Source: an uncultured Micavibrio sp. (lineage in GTDB: Bacteria > Pseudomonadota > Alphaproteobacteria > Micavibrionales > UBA1664). Taken from it: a stretch of 64,000 bases of DNA. Below are positions 7,205 through 17,510 of this stretch, piece after piece. Under the pieces are notes generated by a model. That model was not told the DNA's origin. It was given only the letters and a program-made list of their open reading frames with translations, and did no database searches. The DNA is taken from the NCBI GenBank assembly GCA_964531715.1, contig CAZHEE010000003.1, forward strand, positions 34,989 through 98,988. The letters are read 5' to 3'. A program made the position numbers and the translations under genes. The stretch's first letter is position 1. Every line of letters begins with the position of its first letter.

Positions 7205-10200
7205 ATGCTCCCAACTAATATGACATCATTTTACGATTTAAAATTTCAGGATGAAAATGACAATGTTCAACATTTGCTCAGTGAAATTCAAGCCGCGAAG
7301 CTGAACGAAACTGAGATTGAACAACATGCCCATGTGATGGTTGAGGCGATGCGTAAAAGCCGTGCCGACCTGAAAGGCTTTAACGCGTTGATCCAAACTT
7401 ATAACCTGACTTCCGATGAGGGGTTGGCTCTCATGACCTTGGCAGAGGCTTTGCTTAGAATCCCTGACCCTGCAACCGCGAATGCGTTGATCAGTGATAA
7501 GTTATCCGATGGGGATTGGGCGGAATTATTTAATCAGGCGCAGGATATGACAGGGCGATTTTCAGGCTTTGGCCTGACCCTCTCGCAAAAAATGATGGAT
7601 ACGATGCTGGGTAAGGTCGGCATGCCTTTCATCCGCAAGGCCTGTATTGAGGCAATGCAGTTGATGGGAAAAACCTTTGTTTTAGGACGTGATATTGATG
7701 AAGCGATGAAGGCCGCGAAAGACGGGCGAGCCAAGGGCTATATCTATAATTATGACATGCTTGGTGAGGGTGCGCGAACATTTTCTGATGCCGATTTTTA
7801 TTACGAAAGTTACCGCCAAGCGGTTCAGGCCGTGGGCGAAGCGGTTCAATCAAACGCGCTTGATGCCCCTTATGCGCAAGGCGGTGTCTCGGTCAAACTG
7901 AGCGCGCTTTACCCGCGTTATGACTACGCGCATGAGAACGAAGCCTTGGCATTTCTAATCAAACGGCTGCTTACCCTATGCGAGTTGGCGGCAGGCTATA
8001 ACATTACGCTGACCATTGATGCGGAGGAATGCGATCGGCTTGCCATTTCTCTTAAAGTGATTGAAGCCGTGCTTCAAAATCCGATTGTCAAAAACTGGAA
8101 GGGGTTTGGTCTGGCAATACAAGCCTATCAAAAAAGGGCATATACCCTGATTGATAAAGTGATTGAATGGACAAAAATATATGAGTGCCGTCTGCATGTT
8201 CGGCTTGTGAAGGGTGCCTATTGGGATACGGAAATCAAACATGCGCAGGTTGAGGGTTATGAAGGCTATCCTGTTTTCACACGCAAGGACAATACGGATT
8301 TATCCTACCTCGCCTGCGCTTATAAGTTACTGCAAAACAGGGATGCACTCTATCCTTTATTCGGGACGCATAACGCGCATAGCGTTGCCGCAATTATTAA
8401 CATGGCGGGCGCGGATAAGGGCGGCTTCATGTTTCAGCGGCTGCATGGTATGGGCGTTCAGTTGTATGACCAAATTATCGCGCAAGACATCCCTGTCGGT
8501 GTTTATGCCCCTGTCGGTACGCATAAATATCTGCTTGCCTATCTCGTGCGGCGGTTGCTTGAAAATGGCGCGAACTCATCCTTCGTAAACCAGATTTATG
8601 ATTTGAAGATCCCGATTGATGAGCTTATCCAAAGTCCAATTCAAACAATCATGGCGCGTGAAGAGCAAGGGCAGTCGCACACCCATGAAAAAATTCCGCT
8701 TCCTGCCGATATTTACAGCAATCGCAAAAATGCAAAAGGCTATGACTTAAGTGAAGATGCGCCTTATCACAGGCTTGCCCGCGCGATTGAAAGTTATGGC
8801 GAACGGAATTATCAGGCGCATTCGATCATAAATGGTGAAAGCGTGCAAAAAGGCGCATTATATGAGATTAAAAGCCCGTCCAATCAACAGGATATTATCG
8901 GGCGCGGCAGTAATGCCGATGAAGCTCTTATCAATCAGACATATCAATCTGTCTCGCAAGCCTTTTATTCTTGGCGGGACAGACCGATTGAGGATCGTGC
9001 AATTATTCTCGAAAATATAGCAGATGCTTATGAGAAAAACGGCGATGAGATTATTGCTCTGCTCATAAGGGAGGCAGGAAAAACCATTCCCGATGCTGTC
9101 GCTGAACTCCGTGAAGCGGTTGATTTTTGTCGCTACTACGCGGTTCAGGCACGGCTTACTTTGGGTAAGACAGAAATGGAAGGCCCAACGGGGGAGCGCA
9201 ATATTTTATACCATGAAGGGCGCGGCGTATTCGTCTGTATTTCGCCATGGAATTTTCCTTTTGCAATTTTTACCGGGCAAATTGTCGCGGCACTGGTCAG
9301 TGGGAATTGCGTGATTGCAAAACCGGCGGAGCAGACACCTGCCATTGCAACCCTCGCGGTTCAACTCATGATAAAGGCAGGTTTGCCAAGGGATGTTATT
9401 GCCCTGCTACAGGGCGATGGCGCGATTGGTGAGACAATCATCAATCATAACCAAGTTGCAGGGGTGGCCTTCACTGGCTCAACCCAAGTGGCTAAAATAA
9501 TACAACGCCAACTCGCCGCGAAAGAGGGTGCAATCCTGCCGCTCATTGCCGAGACAGGCGGGCTGAATGCGATGATTGTGGATAGCACCGCTCTGCCTGA
9601 GCAGGTCACGGATGATGTTATCAATTCCGCCTTTGGCTCGGCAGGGCAACGATGTTCGGCTTTACGGATATTATGCCTGCAAGATGATGTGGCGGATGAG
9701 ATGATCACGATGATTAAGGGCGCAATCGCGTGTTTGATTGTTGGTGACCCTGCCTATCTTTCAACGGATGTCGGACCGATTATCGATGCCGAAGCCAAGA
9801 CTAATTTAGAGGTTTATCTCGAAACACTCAATATTGCGGATAGTGGAATGACCTTCGCGCCGATAGATGAGCGATTGGGATCTTATGGGCATTTCTTCCA
9901 ACCCGTCATGATCGAAATGGATTCGATTGAATACATTAAGCAAGAGGCTTTCGGACCGATTTTGCATGTTTTGCGCTATAAACAAGGCGAGCTTGATAGT
10001 TTGATTGGGGCGATTAATGCAAAAGGCTATGGGCTAACCTTTGGATTGCATAGCCGCATCCATAGGCGACAGGATATGATTATCCGCAAAATCAATGCAG
10101 GGAATATTTATATCAATCGCGGGCAGACTGGCGCGGTTGTGGGTGTTCAACCCTTTGGCGGTCGTGGACTTTCAGGGACAGGTCCAAAGGCAGGCGGTCC

Positions 10201-10288
10201 AAACTATCTCTATGCCTTTACCCATGAAAAGGCGGTGAGCGATGACATCACGGCTTCAGGCGGAAACGCGACGTTAATAAATCTATAA
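7205..10288 (+). CDS. putA: bifunctional proline dehydrogenase / 1-pyrroline-5-carboxylate dehydrogenase
   Basis: 1027 aa. PRODH barrel region (VSVKLSALYPRY, LTIDAEE, RLVKGAYWD) followed by an aldehyde dehydrogenase domain (FVCISPWNFP, ETGGLNA, GQRCSALR). Confidence 0.95.
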   Translation: MLPTNMTSFYDLKFQDENDNVQHLLSEIQAAKLNETEIEQHAHVMVEAMRKSRADLKGFNALIQTYNLTSDEGLALMTLAEALLRIPDPATANALISDKLSDGDWAELFNQAQDMTGRFSGFGLTLSQKMMDTMLGKVGMPFIRKACIEAMQLMGKTFVLGRDIDEAMKAAKDGRAKGYIYNYDMLGEGARTFSDADFYYESYRQAVQAVGEAVQSNALDAPYAQGGVSVKLSALYPRYDYAHENEALAFLIKRLLTLCELAAGYNITLTIDAEECDRLAISLKVIEAVLQNPIVKNWKGFGLAIQAYQKRAYTLIDKVIEWTKIYECRLHVRLVKGAYWDTEIKHAQVEGYEGYPVFTRKDNTDLSYLACAYKLLQNRDALYPLFGTHNAHSVAAIINMAGADKGGFMFQRLHGMGVQLYDQIIAQDIPVGVYAPVGTHKYLLAYLVRRLLENGANSSFVNQIYDLKIPIDELIQSPIQTIMAREEQGQSHTHEKIPLPADIYSNRKNAKGYDLSEDAPYHRLARAIESYGERNYQAHSIINGESVQKGALYEIKSPSNQQDIIGRGSNADEALINQTYQSVSQAFYSWRDRPIEDRAIILENIADAYEKNGDEIIALLIREAGKTIPDAVAELREAVDFCRYYAVQARLTLGKTEMEGPTGERNILYHEGRGVFVCISPWNFPFAIFTGQIVAALVSGNCVIAKPAEQTPAIATLAVQLMIKAGLPRDVIALLQGDGAIGETIINHNQVAGVAFTGSTQVAKIIQRQLAAKEGAILPLIAETGGLNAMIVDSTALPEQVTDDVINSAFGSAGQRCSALRILCLQDDVADEMITMIKGAIACLIVGDPAYLSTDVGPIIDAEAKTNLEVYLETLNIADSGMTFAPIDERLGSYGHFFQPVMIEMDSIEYIKQEAFGPILHVLRYKQGELDSLIGAINAKGYGLTFGLHSRIHRRQDMIIRKINAGNIYINRGQTGAVVGVQPFGGRGLSGTGPKAGGPNYLYAFTHEKAVSDDITASGGNATLINL

Positions 10289-10371
10289 ATGAAAGTTTTA
10301 TAGAGATTTTATTAAGGTTTTGACCTTTATACTTGAGTAACATGATAAAAATAAAATAATAAGAAAATCAT

Positions 10372-11604
10372 ATGCTTGATACATCGTCATACGTTAAACG
10401 CAAAACATTTAAAGCAGGAAAAATCATTTTTAAAGAAGGCGATATTCGCGAGAATGCTTATATTTTAGAGGCAGGCGAAATCCAAATTATCAGGGGCGAT
10501 ATCCATGATAAAGCCAATATTATGGCAACCTTATCCGAAGGTGACTTGTTCGGTGAAATGGCTTTAATCGAGCCTGGTTTGCGTTCAGCCACTGCAATGG
10601 TCACTGAGGATTGCGTCATTTATATGATTTCGCCTGATTTGTTGGAAGAACGCCTAAAAGGTCTCGACCCAATTGTTATGTCGATATTTACAAGGCTGGT
10701 TGAGGGCTATCGCTTCGGACGCATTGAAAAGGATAAAAGCGGTGACTTGTTTCGCAAGTTTTTAATGCAAGAGCAAGCCGAGGAAACAAAAAAAGCTCTG
10801 TCTGTTTTCTCATCTAAAAAATCGGAATTTTTAAAAGAGCTGGCGATGGAACAGGAAGTCCGCCGCGCCTTGAGCGAACGGCATTTTCAACCCTATCTCC
10901 AACCGATTGTCAGTCTGTCTGATAATCAAATTATCGGTTTCGAAACGCTTATCCGCTGGCATCATCCTGAAAAGGGCATGATTATGCCGGACAGCTTTAT
11001 TCCGGTTGCGGAACGCATGAATTTGATACAGGCGATTGACCGTCAAATGCTTGAGATGGCTTGTGAGGTTATTCCCAAAATGGCGCGAGTGGTTAAAAAT
11101 AACTCTCTTCCATTTATAAGTGTTAATTTATCAGGCGTTAATTTTGAAGACAACTCAATGGTTCTTGGTATAGCCGAAGTGTTAAATGCGGCTGATATCA
11201 ACCCTGCAAATATTAAGCTTGAAATTACTGAAAGTGCATTTATCGGTAATGCGGATAAGGCCGCGAAAATCCTCGAAGGGTTGAAAAAATTGGGCGTGAC
11301 GATTGCATTGGATGATTTCGGGGTCGGGTACTCATCGCTCGGTTATCTTCACAAATTCGCGATAGACGGGATTAAAATTGACCGCAGTTTTACCAAGCGC
11401 GCGCGCGATAATCGCAAAGGCATGGATATTGTAGAGGCGATCGTCAATCTGGCGAAAACTTTTGATCTGGGTGTGATTGCCGAAGGAATTGAGACAAAAG
11501 ACGATGTCGATGCATTGACAAAAATCGGCTGTGTCGAAGGACAAGGCTATCTTTTCGGCAAACCCCTTACAATCGATGATGCCTTATCTCTCTTATCGCA
11601 TTAA
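10372..11604 (+). CDS. cyclic-nucleotide-binding domain fused to an EAL c-di-GMP phosphodiesterase domain
   Basis: N-terminal cNMP-binding signature (FKEGD..AYILEAGEIQI..LSEGDLFGEMALI..RSATA). C-terminal EAL signatures (QPIVSL..IIGFETLIRW, EITES, LDDFGVGYSSLGYL, IKIDRSF, AEGIETKD, GQGYLFGKP). Confidence 0.85.
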   Translation: MLDTSSYVKRKTFKAGKIIFKEGDIRENAYILEAGEIQIIRGDIHDKANIMATLSEGDLFGEMALIEPGLRSATAMVTEDCVIYMISPDLLEERLKGLDPIVMSIFTRLVEGYRFGRIEKDKSGDLFRKFLMQEQAEETKKALSVFSSKKSEFLKELAMEQEVRRALSERHFQPYLQPIVSLSDNQIIGFETLIRWHHPEKGMIMPDSFIPVAERMNLIQAIDRQMLEMACEVIPKMARVVKNNSLPFISVNLSGVNFEDNSMVLGIAEVLNAADINPANIKLEITESAFIGNADKAAKILEGLKKLGVTIALDDFGVGYSSLGYLHKFAIDGIKIDRSFTKRARDNRKGMDIVEAIVNLAKTFDLGVIAEGIETKDDVDALTKIGCVEGQGYLFGKPLTIDDALSLLSH

Positions 11605-11950
11605 TTTTAACGCGAAGTTCACAAAGTAAAAGGAGTAGAGGCGAAGTTTAAAAGTATGCCTCATAACACGGCGTGCAATAGTGCGAACAACAAATAAAAA
11701 TGAGGGGGATTGAAGTAGGTAAGACCTGAGATAGCTTGTATAAATGGCTGCGATGTATGGACGAAAAAGTCGATTAGTGACATCCGCATTCCTTGTAACA
11801 CTATCGTTGCACACCCTTCGCAAAACCGAATTTAGTCTTCTCTGAACGCATACATTTTGGACAATTCATGATAACTCATACTTATTATCATCAAATCTAA
11901 ACATATTTTTTACCTATATAACTATAGTAATTTAGCAATCTTTAAAACTT

Positions 11951-12496
11951 TTAAACATTATATTTATCCATTAATTTTACGCATTTGTGATAGCGCCAGC
12001 GAATAAAAATAATTGATACGGCTAACGATATAAAAATCGATAAAGATACTAATGTTTGAGAATCTGGAGGATTAAGCTCATTAGTGGTATTCTGTATTTG
12101 ATTGCTTTGACCTTCGAAAAGCAATTCATTCATTATGCTATCCGTACTAGAATTATAAGAATCCATAAGATACGTTATATATGCAATTGAAAGAACGGCA
12201 CTTATGAAATAAATAATAACGAACAAAAGTAACGCTTTGATAGTAATTGGAAAAACAAGATAATTTAAGTTTTTTGTTAGATGTAAAAGATTTTTATTAT
12301 TTTTTAAAGATAAAGGAATAAAGCTGAAAAACAAAACTAACCATAAAATGCCGATAAAAGAACTTTGAAAACTTTTTATGAAAATAAGTGTTATTACCAT
12401 CGCTGAGAATAAACATAATAATATTTTTGCCAAAGTGCTGATGTCTTTGTCATTTAAATGTTTAGCAAGTTTATATTCGCTTAAATATAATAACAT
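11951..12496 (-). CDS. hypothetical multi-pass membrane protein (very AT-rich)
   Basis: ORF with several hydrophobic segments. No family recognised. Confidence 0.45.
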   Translation of the reverse strand: MLLYLSEYKLAKHLNDKDISTLAKILLCLFSAMVITLIFIKSFQSSFIGILWLVLFFSFIPLSLKNNKNLLHLTKNLNYLVFPITIKALLLFVIIYFISAVLSIAYITYLMDSYNSSTDSIMNELLFEGQSNQIQNTTNELNPPDSQTLVSLSIFISLAVSIIFIRWRYHKCVKLMDKYNV

Positions 12497-12558
12497 AAAT
12501 ACTCAAATTTCTCTTTTACATTTCCCCGACTTGATCGGGTATCTATTGATTTCAGCCT

Positions 12559-12588
12559 CTGGATCCCAGCTTTCGCGGGGAAGTCATG
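12559..12588. repeat. degenerate member of the TGGAT(T/C)CC...GTCAT hairpin repeat family
   Basis: CTGGATCCCAGCTTTCGCGGGGAAGTCATG. Confidence 0.4.
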
Positions 12589-12731
12589 TAATGACCATCC
12601 AATCAGGAAGGCCAAACCAAATTAGCCCCAGTGAGCGTATTCGCCGACTTGGGGGTACCGTTAAGCACTGAAATTATTCCAGTTCTTCATGAATTTGATT
12701 GTGTTATAATTCTTTTGGAGAGGTTTTGTCA

Positions 12732-13562
12732 ATGTTTAATGCCGCAAAAATACCATTTATTAAAATGAACGGACTGGGTAATGACTTTGTTATAATTGAT
12801 GAAAGATTAAAAACATACAATTTCTCTCATGAGGAACGTATTAAAATATGCGATAGATTTACAGGCATAGGCTGTGACCAGCTAATATTTCTTCGCAAAT
12901 CAATTAATTCAGAAGCTGATATCTTTATGAATATGTATAATTTTGACGGTTCGGAATTATATACTTGCGGTAATGCGACTCGATGCGTCGTTCACTGGTT
13001 TGGGGCAGATAGAACTATTATTGAAACAAAGGCCGGATTATTTGAATGTTTAAGAAATGCTGATGAAACCATAACGGTAAAAATGGTTCGCCCTGAATTG
13101 AACTGGAAGAAAATTCCTTTGTCACAAGATTACCAGTGGGATGAATTACCTGATATGGGCTTTGGATTACCTCAAGGCTATGTCGTAAGCGTCGGAAATC
13201 CTCATATTGTTTTTCCCGTTGCCGATCTATTCAGCATAGATTTGGAAAAAATAGGACCTCAAATTGAGCATCATTCGTTTTTTCCTGAAAGAATTAATGT
13301 TGAATTAATACAAATTGAAACCCATAGTAAAGCGCGAATGAGAGTTTGGGAACGTGGGGTTGGCATCACAAAAGCATGTGGTTCAGGTGCAACAGCCGCA
13401 GCATTTGTTTTGATTAAAAAAGGTTTTGTAAAAGAAAAAGAAATAACAGTTGCAATGGATGGTGGAGACTTAAAACTTTTATATGATGGTGAATTTATGT
13501 GGATGACAGGTTCTGCCTCATATAATTTTGAAGGCGAATATTATCGAAATATTTATCGTTGA
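12732..13562 (+). CDS. dapF: diaminopimelate epimerase
   Basis: MFNAAKIPFIKMNGLGNDFVIID, SVGNPHIVF, ERGVGITKACGSGATAAA. The ATG at 12732 follows a GGAGAGG RBS; the ORF track instead starts at an upstream TTG. Confidence 0.9.
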   Translation: MFNAAKIPFIKMNGLGNDFVIIDERLKTYNFSHEERIKICDRFTGIGCDQLIFLRKSINSEADIFMNMYNFDGSELYTCGNATRCVVHWFGADRTIIETKAGLFECLRNADETITVKMVRPELNWKKIPLSQDYQWDELPDMGFGLPQGYVVSVGNPHIVFPVADLFSIDLEKIGPQIEHHSFFPERINVELIQIETHSKARMRVWERGVGITKACGSGATAAAFVLIKKGFVKEKEITVAMDGGDLKLLYDGEFMWMTGSASYNFEGEYYRNIYR

Positions 13563-13604
13563 AAAAAAACCGCTAGGGAGTAATCCTCAAAGCGGTTTGT
13601 TATA
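13563..13604. terminator. bidirectional intrinsic terminator between convergent genes
   Basis: AAAAAAAACCGCT..AGCGGTTTGTT: a stem flanked by an A-run and a T-run. Confidence 0.6.
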
Positions 13605-13628
13605 AGTTAAACATGGGTCAAGGCTTTC

Positions 13629-13862
13629 TTACATTGTTTCGCGTATCTCTACACGCTTAAAGTCGGCGAAACCGTGACGTGCAAGTGTGTTTAATGACTG
13701 AAGCTGACGCAAAAGCTCCTCCATATCATTATCATTTTCGGCATTTAAAAAGTCAGGGCGTTTCTTCTTTGACTGAACAACCAGCACGCGGTCGAGTGTA
13801 CCATCGGCCAAACGCGCCTCCTCTACATGCACTTTGTTAACATAGGGGTGTGTTACGAGCAT
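13629..13862 (-). CDS. hypothetical 77-aa protein
   Basis: Clean ORF with a GGAGGA-type RBS upstream. No family recognised. Confidence 0.45.
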   Translation of the reverse strand: MLVTHPYVNKVHVEEARLADGTLDRVLVVQSKKKRPDFLNAENDNDMEELLRQLQSLNTLARHGFADFKRVEIRETM

Positions 13863-14074
13863 TTCTATCCTCCTTCCAAAAGTCTATAAATGTGAAACCA
13901 TTATTCATCGCAATATAATTGATCTGAATAACTTTAACTTATTTTAAAAAAGCGTAAAATGCAAAGTTTTTATGCCTCTAACTTCAATAAAACAATAATA
14001 TTTTAAGCTTATGAAAATTTTGAAGTGCGAATTTCGTTGTTTTTCATTTTTAAGATGCGCTATAGACTATTCTC

Positions 14075-15415
14075 ATGACCGCTACGCCTGAAATCCTGAC
14101 CTTCGGTTGCCGCCTGAATGCTTATGAGAGTGAGGTCATGCGTAAGCATGCCGAAAAGGCAGGGTTGGCAAATACCGTTATCGTTAACAGTTGCGCAGTC
14201 ACGAAAGAGGCTGAACGCTCTGTCCGTCAAGCCATCCGCCGAGCGCGTAAGAAAAACCCTGCCGCCAAGATCATCGTCACGGGCTGTGCCTCGCAGATTA
14301 ACCCTGAATCCTATGCCGCAATGGATGAGGTCGATCTGGTGGTCGGTAATGATTTGAAACTACAGGAGAGTGTTTGGGGGAATCTTAACCCCTCACCCGA
14401 TGTTGCTCACGCTCCATCACCCTCTCCCCGGGGAGAGGGAAAGCCGACCGAAGAGAGGCAGGGTGAGGGGATCAGCGATTATAAAAATAAAATCCTCATC
14501 AATAATATCATGGAAGTCGAGGAAACGGCGAGCCATCTGGTCGATGGTTTTGACGGGAAAGCGCGGGCTTTCCTGCAGGTTCAAAATGGGTGTGACCATC
14601 GCTGCACCTTTTGTATTATTCCATATGGGCGCGGTAATTCACGGAGTGTTCCGCTGGGCCAGATTGTCAAGAATGTTCGTCATCTGGTTGCAAAAGGCTT
14701 TAACGAAATTGTTTTAACGGGCGTTGATGTTACGTCATACGGCCCTGATTTACCCGGTAAGCCGACATTAGGACAGATGATAAAACGGCTTTTCGCGTTA
14801 GTGCCTGAATTGCCCCGCTTGCGCCTCTCCTCCCTTGACCCTGTCGAGATTGATGCGGATTTATGGTGGTTAATTGAGCATGAACATCGCTTTATGCCCC
14901 ATCTTCACCTGTCGTTACAAGCGGGGGATGACATGGTTTTAAGGCGGATGAAACGCCGCCATTTACGCGATGATGTGATTAAGGTCTGCGATAAGGCTCG
15001 GCGGCTTCGCTCTGATATTGTGTTTGGTGCGGATATTATTGCCGGTTTTCCAACCGAAACGGATGCTATGTTTCAAAACACGCTGAATATTGTTGAGAAA
15101 TGCGATTTGACATTCCTGCACGTCTTCCCTTACTCGGAACGTGAGGGGACACCTGCCGCCAAAATGCCGCAAGTTGACCCCGCTGTTCGAAAAGAACGCG
15201 CGAAATTACTCCGCGAGGCAGGCAAAAAACAAATATTGGAGTTTAATCAGGCTCAAATCGGCAAGATAACGAGTGCGATTATTGAACAAAACGGCCATGG
15301 CAGAACAGATCATTTCGCAGAAGTGAAACTTGATAAAAAGTTAGAGGCAGGGCGTTTAGTTCAGATTAAAATCACTGACTTTATTGACGGACAGTTGATG
15401 GGTGAGGTTTTATAA
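14075..15415 (+). CDS. mtaB: radical-SAM methylthiotransferase, MtaB-like (tRNA t6A37 methylthiotransferase), carrying an in-frame repeat insertion
   Basis: EILTFGCRLNAYESEVM N-terminal MTTase domain. Radical SAM cluster motif VQNGCDHRCTFCIIPYGRG. TRAM-like C-terminus. Confidence 0.85.
   Translation: MTATPEILTFGCRLNAYESEVMRKHAEKAGLANTVIVNSCAVTKEAERSVRQAIRRARKKNPAAKIIVTGCASQINPESYAAMDEVDLVVGNDLKLQESVWGNLNPSPDVAHAPSPSPRGEGKPTEERQGEGISDYKNKILINNIMEVEETASHLVDGFDGKARAFLQVQNGCDHRCTFCIIPYGRGNSRSVPLGQIVKNVRHLVAKGFNEIVLTGVDVTSYGPDLPGKPTLGQMIKRLFALVPELPRLRLSSLDPVEIDADLWWLIEHEHRFMPHLHLSLQAGDDMVLRRMKRRHLRDDVIKVCDKARRLRSDIVFGADIIAGFPTETDAMFQNTLNIVEKCDLTFLHVFPYSEREGTPAAKMPQVDPAVRKERAKLLREAGKKQILEFNQAQIGKITSAIIEQNGHGRTDHFAEVKLDKKLEAGRLVQIKITDFIDGQLMGEVL
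14389..14470. repeat. GC-rich palindromic element in frame inside mtaB
   Basis: The outer stem CCCCTCACCC (14390-14399) / GGGTGAGGGG (14461-14470) encloses CCCTCTCCCCGGGGAGAGGG (14420-14439). It translates as NPSPDVAHAPSPSPRGEGKPTEERQGEGI in the linker before the radical-SAM core. Confidence 0.7.
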
Positions 15416-15466
15416 ATTCTTCATGCATTTCTTTAAACTTTGCAATCTTCGTGTTAAGAACATGAC

Positions 15467-16165
15467 ATGACAAACACACATCACCCTCAAATTTTCTGTG
15501 CGATTGATACGAATGATTTTGATAAGGCAAAAGCGCTTATTGAAGCGGTCAAAGACATTTGCGGAATTAAATTAGGATTGGAATTTTTCAATGCTTACGG
15601 TTCTCAGGGCGTTCGGGATGTTATGGCGCATGCGCCTGACACACCGCTTTTTCTTGATTTAAAGTATCATGATATTCCAAACACTGTAGCGGGGGCTATT
15701 CGCGCAGTGACACATCAGGTTCAGCCCGCTTATATAAATGTGCATGCAAGTGGAGGCTCGGCGATGATGAAGGCCGCGAAAGAGGCTTGCCCATCTGGTA
15801 CAAAGCTTCTCGCCGTAACAATTCTGACATCACTCCATGCGCAAGATTTGGAAGAAGTCGGGTATAGTAACGATATATCGTCTCAAGTGAAACGCTTGGC
15901 AATGCTAGCGAAAGAAAGCGGGCTAGATGGGGTTGTTTGTTCACCTCATGAAATTGAGATGATTAAGGAGGCTTGCGGGCACGATTTTATCACAATGGTG
16001 CCTGGTATCCGCCCCGAAGGCTCAGCCATGAATGATCAAAAACGGGTCATGACACCGAAAGAGGCTATCACTCATGGCGTTGATCATATGGTAATCGGCA
16101 GGCCGATTACACAAGCAACCGACCCTGCCGAAGCCGCAAAAGCAATCATGCTCTCGCTTTCTTAA
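15467..16165 (+). CDS. pyrF: orotidine 5'-phosphate decarboxylase
   Basis: IFCAIDT, FLDLKYHDIPNTV and IGRPI motifs; 232 aa. Confidence 0.9.
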   Translation: MTNTHHPQIFCAIDTNDFDKAKALIEAVKDICGIKLGLEFFNAYGSQGVRDVMAHAPDTPLFLDLKYHDIPNTVAGAIRAVTHQVQPAYINVHASGGSAMMKAAKEACPSGTKLLAVTILTSLHAQDLEEVGYSNDISSQVKRLAMLAKESGLDGVVCSPHEIEMIKEACGHDFITMVPGIRPEGSAMNDQKRVMTPKEAITHGVDHMVIGRPITQATDPAEAAKAIMLSLS

Positions 16166-16166
16166 A

Positions 16167-16388
16167 TTAATGTTTGACAGTGTCATGATTGCCAGTGTCA
16201 TTATGTGCATGACCATTGGCAAGTATTTCTTTTGTCTCAAGCGTGACAGGCTCAACCTTCACTGACTTTTTTGTCGTTGCGGATGCAAGATCCTCATCTG
16301 ACATTCTGGCTTCCTCACGCTTTTTACGCGCATTGTGTAAAACCCAATAGGCCCCTGCGGCGGCAACTGCTGCTTTCCATGAAAACAT
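16167..16388 (-). CDS. hypothetical small membrane-anchored protein
   Basis: MFSWKAAVAAAGAYWVLHNARKKREE... preceded by an AAAGGA RBS. No family recognised. Confidence 0.35.
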   Translation of the reverse strand: MFSWKAAVAAAGAYWVLHNARKKREEARMSDEDLASATTKKSVKVEPVTLETKEILANGHAHNDTGNHDTVKH

Positions 16389-16515
16389 AATTTTTTCCTT
16401 TCTGTTATCGTTCATTATCTCCAACGATTAAATGCATGAAAAGTTCTCGATGCTTGACAGTCACCCCTCCAATCTGGGATAAATACGGCTGTTTCAATAA
16501 ATAAGAAGATAAAGC

Positions 16516-17508
16516 ATGAGCTGGCTCACCAATTTTATCCGCCCAAAAATTAATCCTTTCGGTAATCAAACCAAGGATGTTCCCGATAATTTATGGGATA
16601 AATGCCCATCTTGCGAGGGGATGCTGTTCCATCGCGATTTGAAGGCGGCTCAAAATGTTTGTTATCATTGCGGGCATCATTTACGCATTGATGTGGTCGA
16701 ACGGCTGGAGCTTTTGTTTGATGACGGAAAATACAGACGCCACGCCGTGCCGAAAGTGGCCGAAGACCCATTAAAATTCAAGGATAAGAAACGCTATACT
16801 GACCGTTTAAGCGATGCGCAGAAAAAACGCGGACGTAAAGATGCGATTATCGTTGCCGAGGGCGATATTTACGGGCAAAGGGCGATGGTTGCGGCGTTCG
16901 ATTTCGGCTTTATGGGTGGATCTATGGGTGCAGGGGTCGGTGAAGGCATTGTCACCGCCGCGATGAAAGCGATTGAGAAAAAACTGCCGCTTCTTATTAT
17001 TCCATCATCAGGTGGCGCGCGGATGCAGGAAGGCGCGATATCTTTGATGCAAATGCCGCGAACGACCGTGGCGGTGAATATGGTGAAGGAGGCAGGGCTA
17101 CCTTATCTTGTGTTATTGACAGACCCGACAACGGGCGGTGTCTCGGCATCATTTGCAATGCTGGGCGATATTCATATCGCCGAGCCTGGTGCAATGATAG
17201 GCTTTGCAGGTAAGCGCGTGATACAGGAAACCATCCGTGAAGAATTGCCCGAAGACTTTCAAACAGCGGAATATCTTCTTGAGCATGGTATGGTTGATAT
17301 GGTCGTGCCGCGCACCGATTTGCCTGAAACAATCGGGCGGATTATCGACCTGTTAATGAATAAAAGACAAAGTAAGTCCACCTCACCTGATCAGAATAAA
17401 AACAGTGATAAGGATAATGCAAAGATTGTGACAAATGTGCCTTTGCCTGATGTTGCACGTGGCGGAAACCACGCCCGTTTGATTGCAAAGAAGAAAGCCA
17501 AAAGTTAA
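16516..17508 (+). CDS. accD: acetyl-CoA carboxylase carboxyltransferase beta subunit
   Basis: Zinc ribbon CPSCEGMLFHRDL..CYHCGHHLR followed by the carboxyltransferase domain (GGSMG, SSGGARMQEG). Confidence 0.95.
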   Translation: MSWLTNFIRPKINPFGNQTKDVPDNLWDKCPSCEGMLFHRDLKAAQNVCYHCGHHLRIDVVERLELLFDDGKYRRHAVPKVAEDPLKFKDKKRYTDRLSDAQKKRGRKDAIIVAEGDIYGQRAMVAAFDFGFMGGSMGAGVGEGIVTAAMKAIEKKLPLLIIPSSGGARMQEGAISLMQMPRTTVAVNMVKEAGLPYLVLLTDPTTGGVSASFAMLGDIHIAEPGAMIGFAGKRVIQETIREELPEDFQTAEYLLEHGMVDMVVPRTDLPETIGRIIDLLMNKRQSKSTSPDQNKNSDKDNAKIVTNVPLPDVARGGNHARLIAKKKAKS

Positions 17509-17510
17509 CA

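Noticed and set aside
11593-11823. 76-aa ORF and possible ncRNA in the 350-bp gap after the EAL gene.
   Set aside because: No RBS and no recognisable fold. The region contains the CGCGAAG..AGTAGA..CGAAG motif also found in the 30.4 kb repeat cluster, so it is more likely repeat debris.
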